Below are positions 1 to 13,030 of a stretch of DNA of 64,000 bases, piece after piece. The notes beneath the pieces were generated by a model. It was not told where the DNA came from. It worked only from the letters and a program-made list of their open reading frames with translations, and did not search any database. Made by a program: the position numbers and the translations under genes. Location of the stretch: positions 11,718,001 through 11,782,000 of the forward strand of contig NW_027361725.1 in NCBI RefSeq assembly GCF_039654945.1. The letters are read 5' to 3'. Numbering within the stretch: the first letter of the stretch is position 1; every line of letters starts with the position of its first letter. Origin of the DNA: Dendrobates tinctorius (lineage: Eukaryota).

Positions 1-174
1 TGATCAATGAGTGGAACAGGCTGCCACGAGAAGTGGTGAGTTCTCCTTCAATGGAAGTGTTCAAACAGAGGCTGGACAGACATCTGACTGGGATGATTTA
101 GCGAATCCTGCTTTGAGCAGGGGGTTGGACCAGATGGCCCAGGAGGTCCCTTCCAACTCTATGATTCTATGATT
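1..174 (+). mobile_element. CR1 LINE 3' end (runs off the window start)
   Basis: Typical CR1 3' UTR (GGGTTGGACC...GGTCCCTTCCAACTC) ending in the TATGATTC-type terminal microsatellite (ctatgattctatgatt); abuts the truncated Tc1. Confidence 0.85.
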
Positions 175-870
175 AAGCGCTGTCCACAGGGTATGGCATG
201 GCATAGTAAAATGGAGTGATAGCATTCCTTATTTAAAATTCCTTTTACCTTGTACAAATCTCCCACTTTTCCAGCACCAAAGCAACCCCAGACCATTACA
301 TTACCTCCACCGTGCTTGACACATGGCATCAGCCACTCTTCCAGCATCTTTTCAGTTGTTCTGCATCTCACAAATATTCTTCTGTGTGTTCCAAACACCT
401 CAAACTTGTATTCGTCTGTCCATAACACTTTTTTCCAATATTCCTCTGTCCAATGTCTGTGTTCTTTTACCCATATTAATCTTTTCCTTTTATTAGCCAG
501 TCTCAGATTTGGCTTTTTCTTTGCCACTCTGATGGCCAGCATCCCGGAGTCACCTCTTCACTGTAGACATTGACACTGATGCTTTGCGTGTACTATTTAA
601 TGAAGCTGCCAGTTGAGGACCTGTGAGGCGTTGATTTCTCAAACTACAGACTCTAATGTACTTGTCTTCTTGCACAGTTGTGCAGCCGGGCCTCCCACTT
701 CTCTTTCTACTCTGGTTAGAGCAAGTTTGTGCTTTCCTCTGAAGGGAGTAGTACACACCGTTGTAGGAAATCTTCACTTTCTTGAAAATTTCTCTCATGG
801 AATGGTGTTCATTTCTAAGAACAAGACTGTCGAGTTTCACATGAAAGTTCTTTTTTTCTGGCCATTTTGG
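175..870 (-). pseudogene. Tc1 transposase pseudogene (frameshifted, C-terminus lost)
   Basis: The HTH and first DDE aspartate region are split over two frames; truncated at the CR1 junction. Confidence 0.8.
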
Positions 871-1878
871 GAGTTTAATAGAAACAACAAATGTAATGCT
901 CCAGATTCTCAACTAGCTCAAAGGAAGGTTAGGCTTATAGCTTCTCTAATCAGCCAAACTGTTTTCAGCTGTGCTAACATACTTGCACAAGGGTTTTCAA
1001 GGATATACTAACTATCCATTAGCCTTCTTCACAGTTAGCAAACACAAAGTACCATAAGGACACTGGAGTGATGGTTGTTGGAAATGGTGTTTTGAATTCT
1101 CTCTCTGGCTTCCCTCTGGTGATTACTGAAGGTAGTGGAGCTGGTCAGATTGACAGAGGGGTTGTGAGTTCTCTTTCAGGACTCCCTCTGGTGGTTACTG
1201 GAGGTAGTGGAGCTGATCTTATTGACAGAGGCTTGCCACCTGATAATGAGGAAGATGATTGGAGAGCTGGGGTTTCTGATTGGGATTTAAGACAGCTGAC
1301 TCCCTTTATCCCTGCTGGTGATTTTCTTCCTGTTCCTTCTGAGGTCTGATGTCTTCTGCTCTTTCCCTGCATGTTCAGTTAAGTGGTTCATTTGTTATTC
1401 TGTTTGCATTTGATCTAGTTTTGTTTATCTCTGCTTTGTGTGGGTCAGCCAGCTCCATCTGGGGCTGTGCTGAATCACCGCCCATATGTTACTGCATGTG
1501 CCAGTTTGTTTTGTCCCCTGTTATATTGATCTCTTTTTGCTTTGCTTTCAGAATATACCAGAGTGCTGATATAGTGGTGGCGAAGTCGTGCGACTTCAGT
1601 ATTTTTGTGCATCAGACGTGTTGGACTTTTTCAGGGTTTTTTGCGTGATTGCAGACAGTGTCTTTCCTTTCCTGTCCTGTCTAGTCAGTGTGGGCCCCAT
1701 CGTTTGCTCAGTCTATTTTTCTGCCTGCGTTTGTGTTTTCATCTTGTCTCTCCGACAATATATGTTTGGGGGCTATCTATTCCTTTAGGGTCTGCTCCGG
1801 GGCAGTTTAGATTTCCCCTTTCTTGCTTTAGGCTTAGTTAGCTCTCCGGCTGTGCCGAGGCGTCTAGGATCATCGTAG

Positions 1879-2279
1879 GTTAGTTTAATTCACCGCACAC
1901 TCAAACAGACTTTATGCAAATAGGTGTTCATTTTATTACATGTGGGAGCCAAACAGGAATATGGCACACAGTGGAAGTGATATAAATAAATGACGTTTCG
2001 GCTCAGCCCGAGCCTTTATCATATTATCACTTATTCCAATATTAGAGGTTTGTATAGGGTGCAGAAGGAGAGGAGAATTTCTCAAGAAGAAATACCAAGA
2101 TGAATGGCTGATGTGTGCTGAGAAAAGAGAGCGCTCCCGCGCCTGTCCGTGGTGGCATCCTATTTGGCTCCCACATGTAATAAAATGAACACCTATTTGC
2201 ATAAAGTCTGTTTGAGTGTGCGGTGAATTAAACTAACTTGTGATTAGGACCTACTGGTCCGTTGCACCTGCACCTCGCC
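1879..2279. mobile_element. Penelope-like element remnant with 80-bp inverted repeat and degenerate hammerhead motif
   Basis: 1879-1958 is the reverse complement of 2158-2237 (1 mismatch). Minus strand 1991-2022 reads ATGATAAAGGCTC-GGGCT-GAGCCGAAACGTCA. No TSD; about 12 bp of the host LTR is lost. Confidence 0.6.
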
Positions 2280-2370
2280 TACTGCTAGTTGTGTGGATAG
2301 GCTCAGGGGTCTGCATCCGCTTAGTTACCAACCTCTCTGGTTTTCTGTGGCTTAGCTTGGGCCTGCTATC

Positions 2371-3071
2371 TGTCATGTCCGCCATGTCTGTCATGTCTGC
2401 CTTGTCTGTTTTGCCTCAAGAACCCCTGGAGCGATGTGCACGCACATCTCGTGTCTGCTATCTTGCATGTTCCCTAGAGCAGTGTGCACACTCACCTCAT
2501 GTCTGTTGAGCTGCAGGATGCCTGTGTTTCTGCTCTGCCTTCTGCGATCATCTCGTCATGTCTAGAACCCTTGATCATGAGTCCTTCCTATGCTCCAGCA
2601 TAGGCTGGTTCTGCAATCTTCTCTGCATGTCTGGAACTCTGATCATGTGACCTGCCTAGGTTTCAGCACTGGTTCTGCAATCATCCCTGCATGTCTGGAA
2701 TCCTGATCATGTGACTGCTCACTGTGATCCTGGAGGACTGAACTGGAAGTTCTCCGCTGGTCCTGACCCGGAAGTGGAGGTGCTATGCCCTATATCAGAC
2801 CGCCCCTTCCTTTGCTTAGGGCCTGAGTATTGTGTTGCTTCCCTGCATGGCTGCTTGGTCTGCTGGGTCGCTCCCTCTATTCTGTGCCCTTGCACTTTGC
2901 TCTGTCGTGCGTCTCTGCACACGCTTCGAGTTCCGTCTCTTGTCTCGTGCTTTGTCTCCTGTTGTCCTTCGTGCTTTGTTTGTCCTCGCTATGCTTCCTT
3001 GTTATGCTATGTTCTGTACCCTGTCCACTCATTCAAGAAAAACGACTCAGCGTAAGCTGACGCTTGTCACA
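2371..3071. mobile_element. Solo LTR (different family) nested in the family A LTR
   Basis: Starts TGTCAT, ends GTCACA; exact 5-bp TSD CTATC at 2366-2370 and 3072-3076; absent from the other family A LTR copies. Confidence 0.8.
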
Positions 3072-3292
3072 CTATCCTCCTCGGTGCCCATTCATAACAA
3101 AATGGGCCTCTATACACCTATGAAGACATTGCATTACAAACCAGACGTTTGCAGCTACAATAGTCATTTACCACATTAACAATGTATAGAGTGTATTTCT
3201 GAATCACTTAATGTTAGCTTCATTGGAAAAAACTGCTTTTCTTTCAAAAATAAGGAAATTTCTAAGGGACCCTAAACTTTTGAATGGTGGTG

Positions 3293-3506
3293 TAAGGCCG
3301 GTATTTTTAGTCCATGGTCATATGTTCAGCATTTGATCAGTATTTTACATCAGTATTTGTAAGCCAAAACCAGGAGAGGGTGGAAAATGCAGAAGTGGTG
3401 ACGTGCTTCTGTTATATTTTTCCTCTGATTGTTCCTTATCTGGTTTTGGCTTCCAAATACTGATGTAAAATCCTGAACAAATACTGAAGGTGTGAACAAG
3501 GCCTTA
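3293..3506. mobile_element. Short palindromic MITE (PIF/Harbinger-like, TAA/TTA ends)
   Basis: Ends taaggcc...ggcctta; internal inverted repeat ttttacatcagtatttgtaagccaaaaccag / ctggttttggcttccaaatactgatgtaaaa. Confidence 0.55.
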
Positions 3507-3609
3507 GAGAAAACCTGTGACTCCTGCTCCACCAAGCTCACAGAGTGATTGATAGAAGAGTTTAGGCAGTGTGAGATTTATAGACTTTCTCCATTAGTAG
3601 CTGAGGGAA

Positions 3610-4820
3610 GCACTTGGCATTGGCTCTCTCCCCAAGTGAGTAGAGTTAGCTGGAGTTACAAGCGCTGTCCCCAAGTGGGCCAAGTAAGCGAGAGTCATAG
3701 TCTCTCTCCCTAATTGGTCTGAGTAAGCGGCAGTCACAGGCTCTACTCAAAATGAGTAGACTAAGTGGGAGTCAGTCACAGGCTCTCCCCCCAAGTAGGA
3801 AGAGTAATCAACAGTTGCAGGCTCTCTTTCCCCAAGTGGGTAGAGTGAGAGTCGCAGACTCTCCCTCCAAGTGGACAGAGTAAGTGGGAATCACAGGCTC
3901 TACCCATGTGAGCAGAGTAAGCAACAGTCACGGGTTCTTTTTCCTAAGTAGGCAGAGTCGCAGGCTCTCCCGCTAAGTACTGTAGACAGAGAAAGAAGGA
4001 GTCAAAGGCTCTCTCTCCCCATGTGCGCAGAATATGTGAGAGTCACAGTCACTCTCTCTCCAAATGGGCAGAGTAAGCAAGTCATAGGCTCTCTTTCCTC
4101 AAGTGATCAGGATGTCTGAGAGTCACAGGCTCTCTTTCCTCAAGTGGGCGGGTTATGTGAGAGTCACAGGCTCTCTCCCCAAGTGGGCAGAGTAAGCGAT
4201 AGTCACAGGCTCTCCCTCTAAGTGAACAGAGTAAGCCCAAGTCAAAGGATTTCTCTCCCCAAGTGGGCAGAAAATGTGAGAGTCACGGGTTTTCTTTCCC
4301 CAAGTAGGCAGAGTAAGAGTTGCAGGCTCTACCGCGAAGTGGACAGAGTAAGCGAGAGTCAAAGGCCCTCTCTCCCCAAGTGGGCAGAATATGTGAGTCA
4401 CAGCCTCTCTTCTAAAGTGGGCAGAATATGTGAGAGTCACAGGCTCTCTCCTCAAGTGGGCAGATAATGTAAGAGTCACAGGCTCGCTCCTCAAGTGAGC
4501 AGGATATGTGAGAGTCACAGGTTCTCCCTCTAAGTGGACAAAGTAAGCTGCAGTGAAATGCTCTCTCTCCCCAAGTGGGCAGAATATATGAGAGTCACAG
4601 GCTCTCTCTTCAAGTGGGTGGGATATGTGAGAGTCTCAGGCTCTCTCCCCAAGTGGGCAGAGTAAGCAAGAGTCTCAGGCTCTCTCCCCAAGTGGGCAGA
4701 GTAAGCGAGATTCACAGGCCCTCTCTCCACAAGTGGGCAGAGAAGCGAGAGTCACAGGCTCTCTCCACAAGTGGGCAGAGTAAGCGAGAGTAACAGGCTC
4801 TCTCCCTAAGTGGGCAGCAA
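3610..4820. repeat. Degenerate ~39-bp minisatellite
   Basis: Roughly 30 diverged copies of gagtcacaggctctctccccaagtgggcagagtaagcga. Confidence 0.85.
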
Positions 4821-7619
4821 AAGTAGAACTCAGACTCTCTTTGAGCTATGGCAACAATGAAAACAAATCAAGGGAGAAGCATTGACCTCAAGGATGTACA
4901 TTTTTTTCTTATATCGCGTTTAGGATAGGATAGGAAACCTATTTTAAAGGTAAAATCCCCCTAAAAGCAGCATGTGAAACACCCTAAATAGTTAAAAGTG
5001 GCCTTAGGCACCAAAGGAGTTTGTCACAATTTTGGGTTTAATGTTGGAGACTAACAGTGATAGGTACCAAATGGGTTTAGGTGCTTTACAGGATGCTTCA
5101 GTCCCTTTGGTTTGGGATTATTGTTGGGTCTAAATCTACATTTGATTGTTTGCACTTTTTAGTTTAGCTGTCATATATTCTAACGTTTATTTGTGAACTA
5201 ATCCAGTAAATGGTGGACAATAACCAATAATGACGATGGGGGTTGTCACTTAGATTCAATATAAATTTTTATTGAAGAAAATGTTAATTTTCTATAATTT
5301 TCTCTGTTCTGTTAATATCTCATTTTAGTTGAATATATCCCATGAACAGTGTCCAGATTCTGTATAGCAGTTTCTTAATCACTGCAAATTATTTCTAAGA
5401 ATTTATATAAAATTCATCTTTTTTCTAAATGCCTTTTACAAATAATATATATTTTTTTTATCGTTGGTGATTTACTTATTGGTAGTTTATAAGAGCAAAG
5501 CAGCAGTATAAGGCAGAAAGAAGAAAACAGATTAAATAAAATATTTAGACTTATTAGACTATGTACGGTAGTTATATTGAAATCTGGGGTAATACTTGTA
5601 CTTGTGGCAAAAAAAGACTTTACTATAATGTAGAAACTAGGGGATGATTACTGTTGATATTTAGGATATATGGAAAGTATCTAAACAGTTGTGGCAAGGA
5701 CATACAGATGTGCCTTTCCTTTCTGCTTGGATTGAAAAATACCGAGATGTGTTTCCTGAGATGATCAGTTTTAAAAAGATTATATGACTTTGTGATACTC
5801 TTTTGGGAGCTGTTTCAGCTGTATATGTCTATATGTGACCACCTTTTTTACCTTACGTCTAGCCATCTACCTTGCCTTTCTGCTTTGCCCAAAATATTTT
5901 GAGATGAGTGACATGTGATGACCAGCTTTGGAAAAAAAATTATTTTATGATTCTCTGTCGAAAGAGCTTTATGTTATATGTGTTTCGATGTGGGCATCCA
6001 GTGGTTGTGATATGAAATCTGTTTAAAGTTTAATCTATCGTGAGAAATTTGAGTCCTTAGCAAGAAATGTAAGGGTGAACACCTCCTGCCCATAGACATG
6101 GCATAGCAGCATTCGTAATAAACCCCTTTTTGCTGCTAGATATTGCCAACAAGGACAAAAGTGGCTAGTGCTATTTTTTTTTAACCTACAGTATGACTTT
6201 TCAAAAACTTTTGGGTCAAGGACCCAGCTCCTTGATTTGCACCATTGCAATGACTTTGTAGAAGAGAGTCATAATCAACACTCACTAGTAAGGGGAATTC
6301 AACCAGTAACGACTAGGAGAAGCATTATGTTTTTGAGCCAATGTTGACCCATCAAGACATCCTGATCCCCATTCTTTGTGATAGAAGTTTTCTCCAAGAT
6401 TGCAAAAACATGGCTGGTTTTTCCAAAAAACACCTTCAAAACGCCTAAAAGTTGTGTTTTGTATTGAAACTCTGTCTCCTTGAAGTGAATGTGGATGAGC
6501 TGCAGCACCACTTACAACCTGTTGACCGGTATAGCGCTGTTTTGGGGAAGAAGCCACATTTTCCTAAACCTCTATATGTAGGAATAGATATCAGTGAATC
6601 ATTGTATAGCGAATCAAAATATATATTTTTTAAAAAAATCCAAATTTTTGGGGATTCGATTTGCACAAATCCAGCAAAATTTCATCCTTCACCTCCCATG
6701 CATCGCACCTCTCCAACCGGTCCTCCACACATTCTTTCCACTCTTCTGGTGCTTACTAGTCCTCATGCAGTCACACCGTGAGCAACACACACATTTATGA
6801 TGCATGTCACCCCCCACGTGAAGCGATGCCCATTATTGAAGTGTTGTGTCCAACAGCATGAACCTTGGTCAGCACTGGAATTTCTGAAGACCGGAAAGAA
6901 TGAGCAACTAATCTAGTGGGGAAAAAGACAGGTAAGGGAGGGTGTCACCTAGGAAAGGCAAGCATAATGTTTTTGAACCTCTATCGGATTTTTGGAAGGT
7001 CTTTACCATCACTTCCAACCAGTCAGACATTTATGGTCTATCCAATCAATATAACATGGATATCTGTAGTATATTTTGGTTAGCGTTTTTGTGGAGAACA
7101 TCAACTGTAAATCTTGTCAGCTAATATTTTTATTTCCTCTTGATCACAAAGGTCAGTGGTGCTTGGAAAACTCTCTCAATGTAAAATGATCGTCTTACTA
7201 TGAGGTGATTCATCCTCATCAGCTCTTACTAGCCCTTCTCATTCTCAGGTTTCATGTTTGTTTATGCAGATTCCCTCAGTGTTCATCCAACTGTGCTGAA
7301 TAAACCTGTAATAAATTGCCGACAAATAAACCGCAGACCCCGCGCCAAACAGCAGGCTGATGTAGTATCTGATTGCCAGATATAGGACTGGCATGAGCGC
7401 CAATGTATTTGCGGGGAACGAATTTCTTCATCATGACTAGATTATGTTGCTTTTTTCTTTTGATGTTATTAAATGACAATGTAAAAGTTTTACCTTAGTA
7501 GATTTTTCGCTTTCCACATTGCACACCATAACGACAGATCTTCTGACCTGATGTTCCAAGAAGTTACCTGCATATGGCTTTATAACCAAGTTCAATGAAT
7601 TACCAGAGATCGAACTTTA

Positions 7620-10545
7620 GAGATCGAGAAGAAGAAAAGTGAGAAAGGGACAGAGAAAAGGATGTAGAAAAGCGTGAAAGGGATAGAGAATGGGTTGGAG
7701 AAAAGCGGGAAACAGATAGAGAAAAGCAGGAAAGGGATTAAGAAAAGTGAGAAAAAGATAGAGAAAAGCAAGAAAGAGATAGTGAAAGGGATGGAGAAAA
7801 GTGAGAAAGGGATAGAGAAAAGGATGGAGAAAAGCAGAAAAAGGATAAAGAAAAGTAGAAAGGGACAGAGAAAAGCAGGAAAGGGGTAGAGAAAAGCAGG
7901 AAAGGATAGAGAAAGGGATGGAGGAAAGTGAGAAAGGGATAGACAAAATGATGGAGAAAAGCAGGAAATGGATAGAGAAAAGCAGGAAAGGGATAGAGAA
8001 AAGTGAGAAAGGGATAGAGAAAAGCAAGAAAGGGATGGAGAATGGGATGGAGAAAAGTTAGAAAGGGATGGAGCAAAGTGGAAAAGGGATGGAGAAAATC
8101 AGGAAAGGGTTTGAGAAAAATGAGAAAGAGATAGAGAAAAACAAGAAAGGGATAGAGAAAAGTAGGAAAGGGATAGAGAAACCTGAGAAAGAGATAGAGA
8201 AAAGCAGGAAAGGGATAGAGAAAAGCAGGAAAGGGATAGAGAAAGAGATGGAGAAAAGTGAGAAAGGAATAGAGAAAAGGATGGAGAAAAGTGGGAAAAG
8301 GATAGAGAAAAGTAGGAAAGGGATAGAGAAAAGTGAAAAGGGGATAGAGAAAAGTGAGAAGCGGATAGAGAAAAGCAGGAAAGGGATAGAGAGAAGTGAT
8401 AAAGGGTTAGAGAAAGGATGGAGAAAAGCGGTAAAGAGATAGAGAGAAAAGCAGGTAAGGGATAGAGAAAGGGATGGAGAAAAGAGAGAAAGGGATTGAG
8501 AAAAGCAGGAAAGGGATTGAAAAAGGGATGGAGAAAGCACGAAAGGGATAGAGAAGAGGAAGGAGAAAAGAGGGAAAGGGATAGAGAAAAAGATGGAGAA
8601 AAGCGAGAAAGAGATGGAGAAAAGCAGAAAAGGGTTGGAGAAAAGCAGGAAAAGAATTGAGAAAAGTGAGAAAGGGATTGAGAAAAGTGAGAAAGGGAAA
8701 GAGAAAAGCTGGAAAGGGAAAGAGAAAGGGATGGAGAAAAGTGAGAACAGGATGGAGAAAAGCAGAAAAGGGATATGGAAAAGTGGGAAAGGGATAGAGA
8801 AAAACAGGAAACGGATAGAGAAAGGGATGGAGAAAAGTGGGAAAGGGATAGAGAAAAGCAGGAAAGGGATCGAGAAAAGCAGGAAAGGGATAGAGAAAAG
8901 CAGGAAAGGGATAGAGAAAGAGATGGAGAAAAGTGAGAAAGGAATAGAGAAAAGGATGGAGAAAAGCGGGAAAAGGATAGAGAAAAGTAGGAAAGGGATA
9001 GAGAAAAGTGAAAAGGGGACAGAGAAAAGTGAGAAGCGGATAGAGAAAAGCAGGAAAGGGATAGAGAGAAGTGATAAAGGGTTAGAGAAAGGATGGAGAA
9101 AAGCGGTAAAGAGATAGAGAGAAAAGCAGGTAAGGGATAGAGAAAGGGATGGAGAAAAGAGAGAAAGGGATTGAGAAAAGCAGGAAAGGGATTGAAAAAG
9201 GGATGGAGAAAGCACGAAAGGGATAGAGAAGAGGATGGAGAAAAGAGGGAAAGGGATAGAGAAAAAGATGGAGAAAAGCGAGAAAGAGATGGAGAAAAGC
9301 AGAAAAGGGTTGGAGAAAAGCAGGAAAAGAATTGAGAAAAGTGAGAAAGGGATTGAGAAAAGTGAGAAAGGGAAAGAGAAAAGCTGGAAAGGGAAAGAGA
9401 AAGGGATGGAGAAAAGTGAGAACAGGATGGAGAAAAGCAGGAAAGGGATATGGAAAAGTGGGAAAGGGATAGAGAAAAACAGGAAACGGATAGAGAAAGG
9501 GATGGAGAAAAGTGGGAAAGGGATAGAGAAAAGCAGGAAAGGGATCGAGAAAAGCAGGAAAAGGATAGAGAAAAGCGAGAAAGGGATAGAGAAAAGCAGG
9601 AAAGGGATAGAGAAAAGGATAGAGAAAGTCGGGAAAGGGATAGAGAAAACTGAGAAAGAGATAAAAGCAGGAAAAGGATAGAGAAAGGGATAGAGAAAAG
9701 CAGGAAAGGGATAGGAAAAAGCTGGAAAGGGATAGAGAAAAGCAGGAAAGGGATATAGAAAAGCGGGAAATGGGTAGAGAAAAGCAGGAAAAGGATAGAG
9801 AAAGGGATGGAGAAAAGTGGGAAAGGGATATAGAAAAGAGGGAAAGGGATAGAGAAAAGTGAGAAAGGGATAGAGAAAAGCAAGAAAGGAATAGAGAAAT
9901 GGATGGAAAAAAGCGGGAAAGGGATAGAGAAAAGTAGGAAAAGGATAGAGAAAGGGATAGAGAAAAACTGGAAAGGGATAGAGAAAAGTGGGAAAGCGAT
10001 AGAGAAAAGCAGGAGGGAAAGGGATAGAGAAAAGCAGGAAAGAGATAGAGAAAAGCTGGAAAGGGATGGAGAAAGGGATGCAGAAATGCGGGAAAGGGAT
10101 AGAGAAAAATGGGAAATGGGTGGAGAAGTGGGAAAGGGATAGAGAAAAGCATGAAAAGGATAGAGAATAGGATGGAGAAAAGCAGGAAAGGGATCGAAAA
10201 AAGCAGGAAAGGGTTAGAGAAAGGGATGGAGAAAAGTAGGAAAGGGATAGAGAAAAGTGGTAAAGGGATAGAGAAAAGCAAGAAAGGGATAGGGAAAAGC
10301 AAGAATGGAATATAAAAAAGTGGGACAGTGAGAGAAAAGCAAGGAAGGGGAAAGAGAAAAGTGGGAAAGAGAAAAACAAAACACTGAAAGAGAAAAAATG
10401 AACGAGCGAAAAAAGCAAGCGAAAAAAATAATTATGCAGTTGTTTGAATGTTGAAGAAAGAAAAAGAGAAAAAGAAAGTTATAAAGTGAGAGAGAGAAAA
10501 TGGAGAGATAGAAAAAGAGAAGACAAACAGCAAAAGAAAGAAAGT
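7620..10545. repeat. Purine-rich ~21-bp tandem repeat with an internal 675-bp duplication
   Basis: Unit is approximately GAAAGGGATAGAGAAAAGCAG; the block near 8220-8890 recurs at an offset of +675. Confidence 0.9.
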
Positions 10546-11619
10546 GATACACCTTAAGCTGACCTAGGATGAAAGAGAGATAATGGGAGAGAGTGCGAAA
10601 GTGGGTGGAGAAAGAGGCATTATAGCGCCTGCCCTACTAGGCTTCATTCACATATCCATGTGACATGTCCATGTGCTGATTTTTTTTTTATGATACATCA
10701 GTTCTAAAAGTGGACTCTTGTCTGTGGTCCATGAGACTCAGAGTGGGTCCAAGTTTCATTGATTTTGAGCATCAGACATGACCATCAGTCTTTGAGGATC
10801 CATATAATACCGATAAAGCACGGAGGACAGACCGTGTACTTCAGTTTTCCATCCAGGTTTCATCTGCTGTAATGGATACATTGAAGTTCATACAGTTTAT
10901 ACCTGTTCCAATGAAAAAAAATGGATGCAACAGCAGGACACAAGAGAAAACAATGGTCTGTTTGACGAGAATGTAAAAGTAGCCGTATGTACAAATGTGG
11001 CCGACATGGAGACACTGGACACACAAGACACGGATTACCACAGTGCATTGTGTTCTGTGCTGTAATGGATGACGTGATACTCGCCCGATCTCGCACTGCG
11101 TCACACCCGCATTACACATGTTGGTAACTTGATCCTTTTGGCAGTGAACCAGAACTTTATCCAAATTGAAAAACATTGGAAAACTGTCATACATTGGTTT
11201 TGATATCCATAGCAATGACTGCACACATTTCACACTGAATTTCCAGTCCGCCGCCGAAGAAGTTTGTGATCATTTCTGTTGCTCATTCAATTAATTTTGC
11301 TATCTACCTGCAGTAAAATTACATGGAGGAATTGCTGTGCTCCCACTTATAAGAGAGCATAAAAATATCCAAAATACATAGTTATAGGGGTTTTCCAATC
11401 ATATAAAGATCAATAAATGATGGGTTCTACTAACATATACACCCAAAGTCAGGGTACAAAGAACAAGAAAACACCACTCAAAAGAGTATAAAATGGAAAG
11501 ATTTTTATTAAGGACTAGCTGAAGAGCCCTGCGTTGCCTGGGCATAGTAACCAACTGTGGTTAGTTATAACAAATTATAATGATTATATTGCACATAAAA
11601 ACCATGCATCTAATAATAT

Positions 11620-12042
11620 ACTGTGTGATACTGACTGCTGAGCCGTGTATCTAATCCTATTCTGTGTGATACCAACTGTTGAGCCGTGTATCTAATCCTA
11701 TTCTGTGTGATACTGTGTGCTGAGCTGCATATCTAATCCTATTCTGTGTGATACTGACTGCTGAGCCGTGTGTCTGATCCTATCCTGTGTGATACGATCT
11801 GCTGAGCTGTGTATCTAATCCTATCCTGTGTGATACTGCCTGCTGAGCCTTGTGTCTAATCCTATCCTGTGTGATACTGACTGCTGAGCCGTGTATCTAA
11901 TCCTATCCTGTGTGATACTGACTGCTAAACCATGTGTCTAATCCTCTCCTGTGTGATACTGACTGCTGAGCTGTGTATCTAATCCTATTCTGTGTGATAC
12001 TGACTGCTGAGTCATGTATCTAATCCTATCCTGTGTGATACT
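11620..12042. repeat. ~41-bp tandem repeat inside the Helitron
   Basis: About 10 copies of ctgtgtgatactgactgctgagccgtgtatctaatcctat(t/c). Confidence 0.9.
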
Positions 12043-12529
12043 GGGCTCCCCCTGCAGTCTGTGTCAGAGGGTGGTCTGTGTTGGCACGGTAATAAATTGT
12101 GTTATTTCCAGCTTGACACAAGGATGATAACACCATAGAAATGATAAGAATAATAGGCCTCAGTAACCACAACTGTCTACAAAGAAAACTGTTGCTGATA
12201 GCAACTAATCACAGCTCATTTTCATCTTTTAAACAGCTCTGGGACAGCGTGGCGAGTTTTGAGTGGCGACTTTTGTGTTTCGACTTTTATGTGGTGAGGT
12301 TGGTGTATATGTGGTGAAATGTGTGCTGAGGGTGGTATATGTGTTGAAACACGTGGTAGTGTGTGGCACATTTTGTGTGTGTTCGTATCCCCGTGTGTGG
12401 TGAGTATCCCATGTCAGGGCCCCACCTTAGCAACTGTACGGTATATACTGTTTGGCGCCATCGCTCTCATTCTTTAAGTCCCCCTTGTTCACATCTGGCA
12501 GCTGTCAATTTGCCTCCAACACTTTTCCT

Positions 12530-13030
12530 TTCACTTTTTCCCCATTATGTAGATAGGAGCAAAATTGTTTGGTGAATTGGAATGCGCGGGGTTAAAATTT
12601 CACCTCACAACATAGCCTATGACGCTCTCGGGTCCAGACGTGTGTCTTTGCAAAATTTTGTGGCTGTAGCTACGACAGTGCAGATGCCAATACATACACT
12701 TTTTCCCCATTATGTAGATAGGGGCAAAATTATTTGGTGAATTGGAATACGCAGGGTTAAAATTTTGCCTCACAACATAGCCTATGATGCTCTCGGGGTT
12801 CAGACGTGTGACTGTGGAAAATTTCGTGGCTGTAGCTACCACGGTGCAGATGCCAATACATACAGTACACTTTTTCCCCATTATGTAGATAGGGGCAAAA
12901 TTGTTTGGTGAATTGGAACGCGCGGGGTTAAAATTTTGCCTCACAACATAGCCTATGATGCTCTCAGGGTCCAGATGTTTGACTATGCCAAATTTTGTGG
13001 CTGTAGCTGCGACGGTGCGGATGCCAATCC
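12530..13030. repeat. ~170-bp tandem repeat x3 inside the Helitron
   Basis: Three copies beginning ctttttccccattatgtagatagg and ending gcagatgccaat. Confidence 0.85.

Larger units (their letters stand above)
1088..3099 (+). mobile_element. Solo LTR (Gypsy chromovirus family A) carrying two nested insertions
   Basis: TG...CA ends (tgttttgaattc...ttcataaca); AAATGG duplicated at 1082-1087 and 3100-3105; homologous to the LTRs at 50972-51887 (minus) and 63685 onward. Confidence 0.9.
175..3292 (-). mobile_element. Tc1-like DNA transposon, truncated and interrupted by a solo LTR (1088-3099)
   Basis: ORFs 550-912 and 159-542 give Tc1 transposase motifs (SGRP, WKKVLWTDE, VKHGGGNVMVWGCF). The sequence resumes at 3100 and ends in a Tc1-type terminus (minus strand CACCACCATTCAAAAGTTTAGGGTC) next to TA at 3293-3294. 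Confidence 0.85.

Noticed and set aside
5180-6250. Possible old L1-like fragment
   Set aside because: Only faint motif traces; too decayed to support.
7617-10552. Long F/S/L/P-rich and E/K/G/R-rich ORFs (up to 786 aa)
   Set aside because: Stop-poor translation of a 21-bp purine repeat in several frames; no coding evidence.
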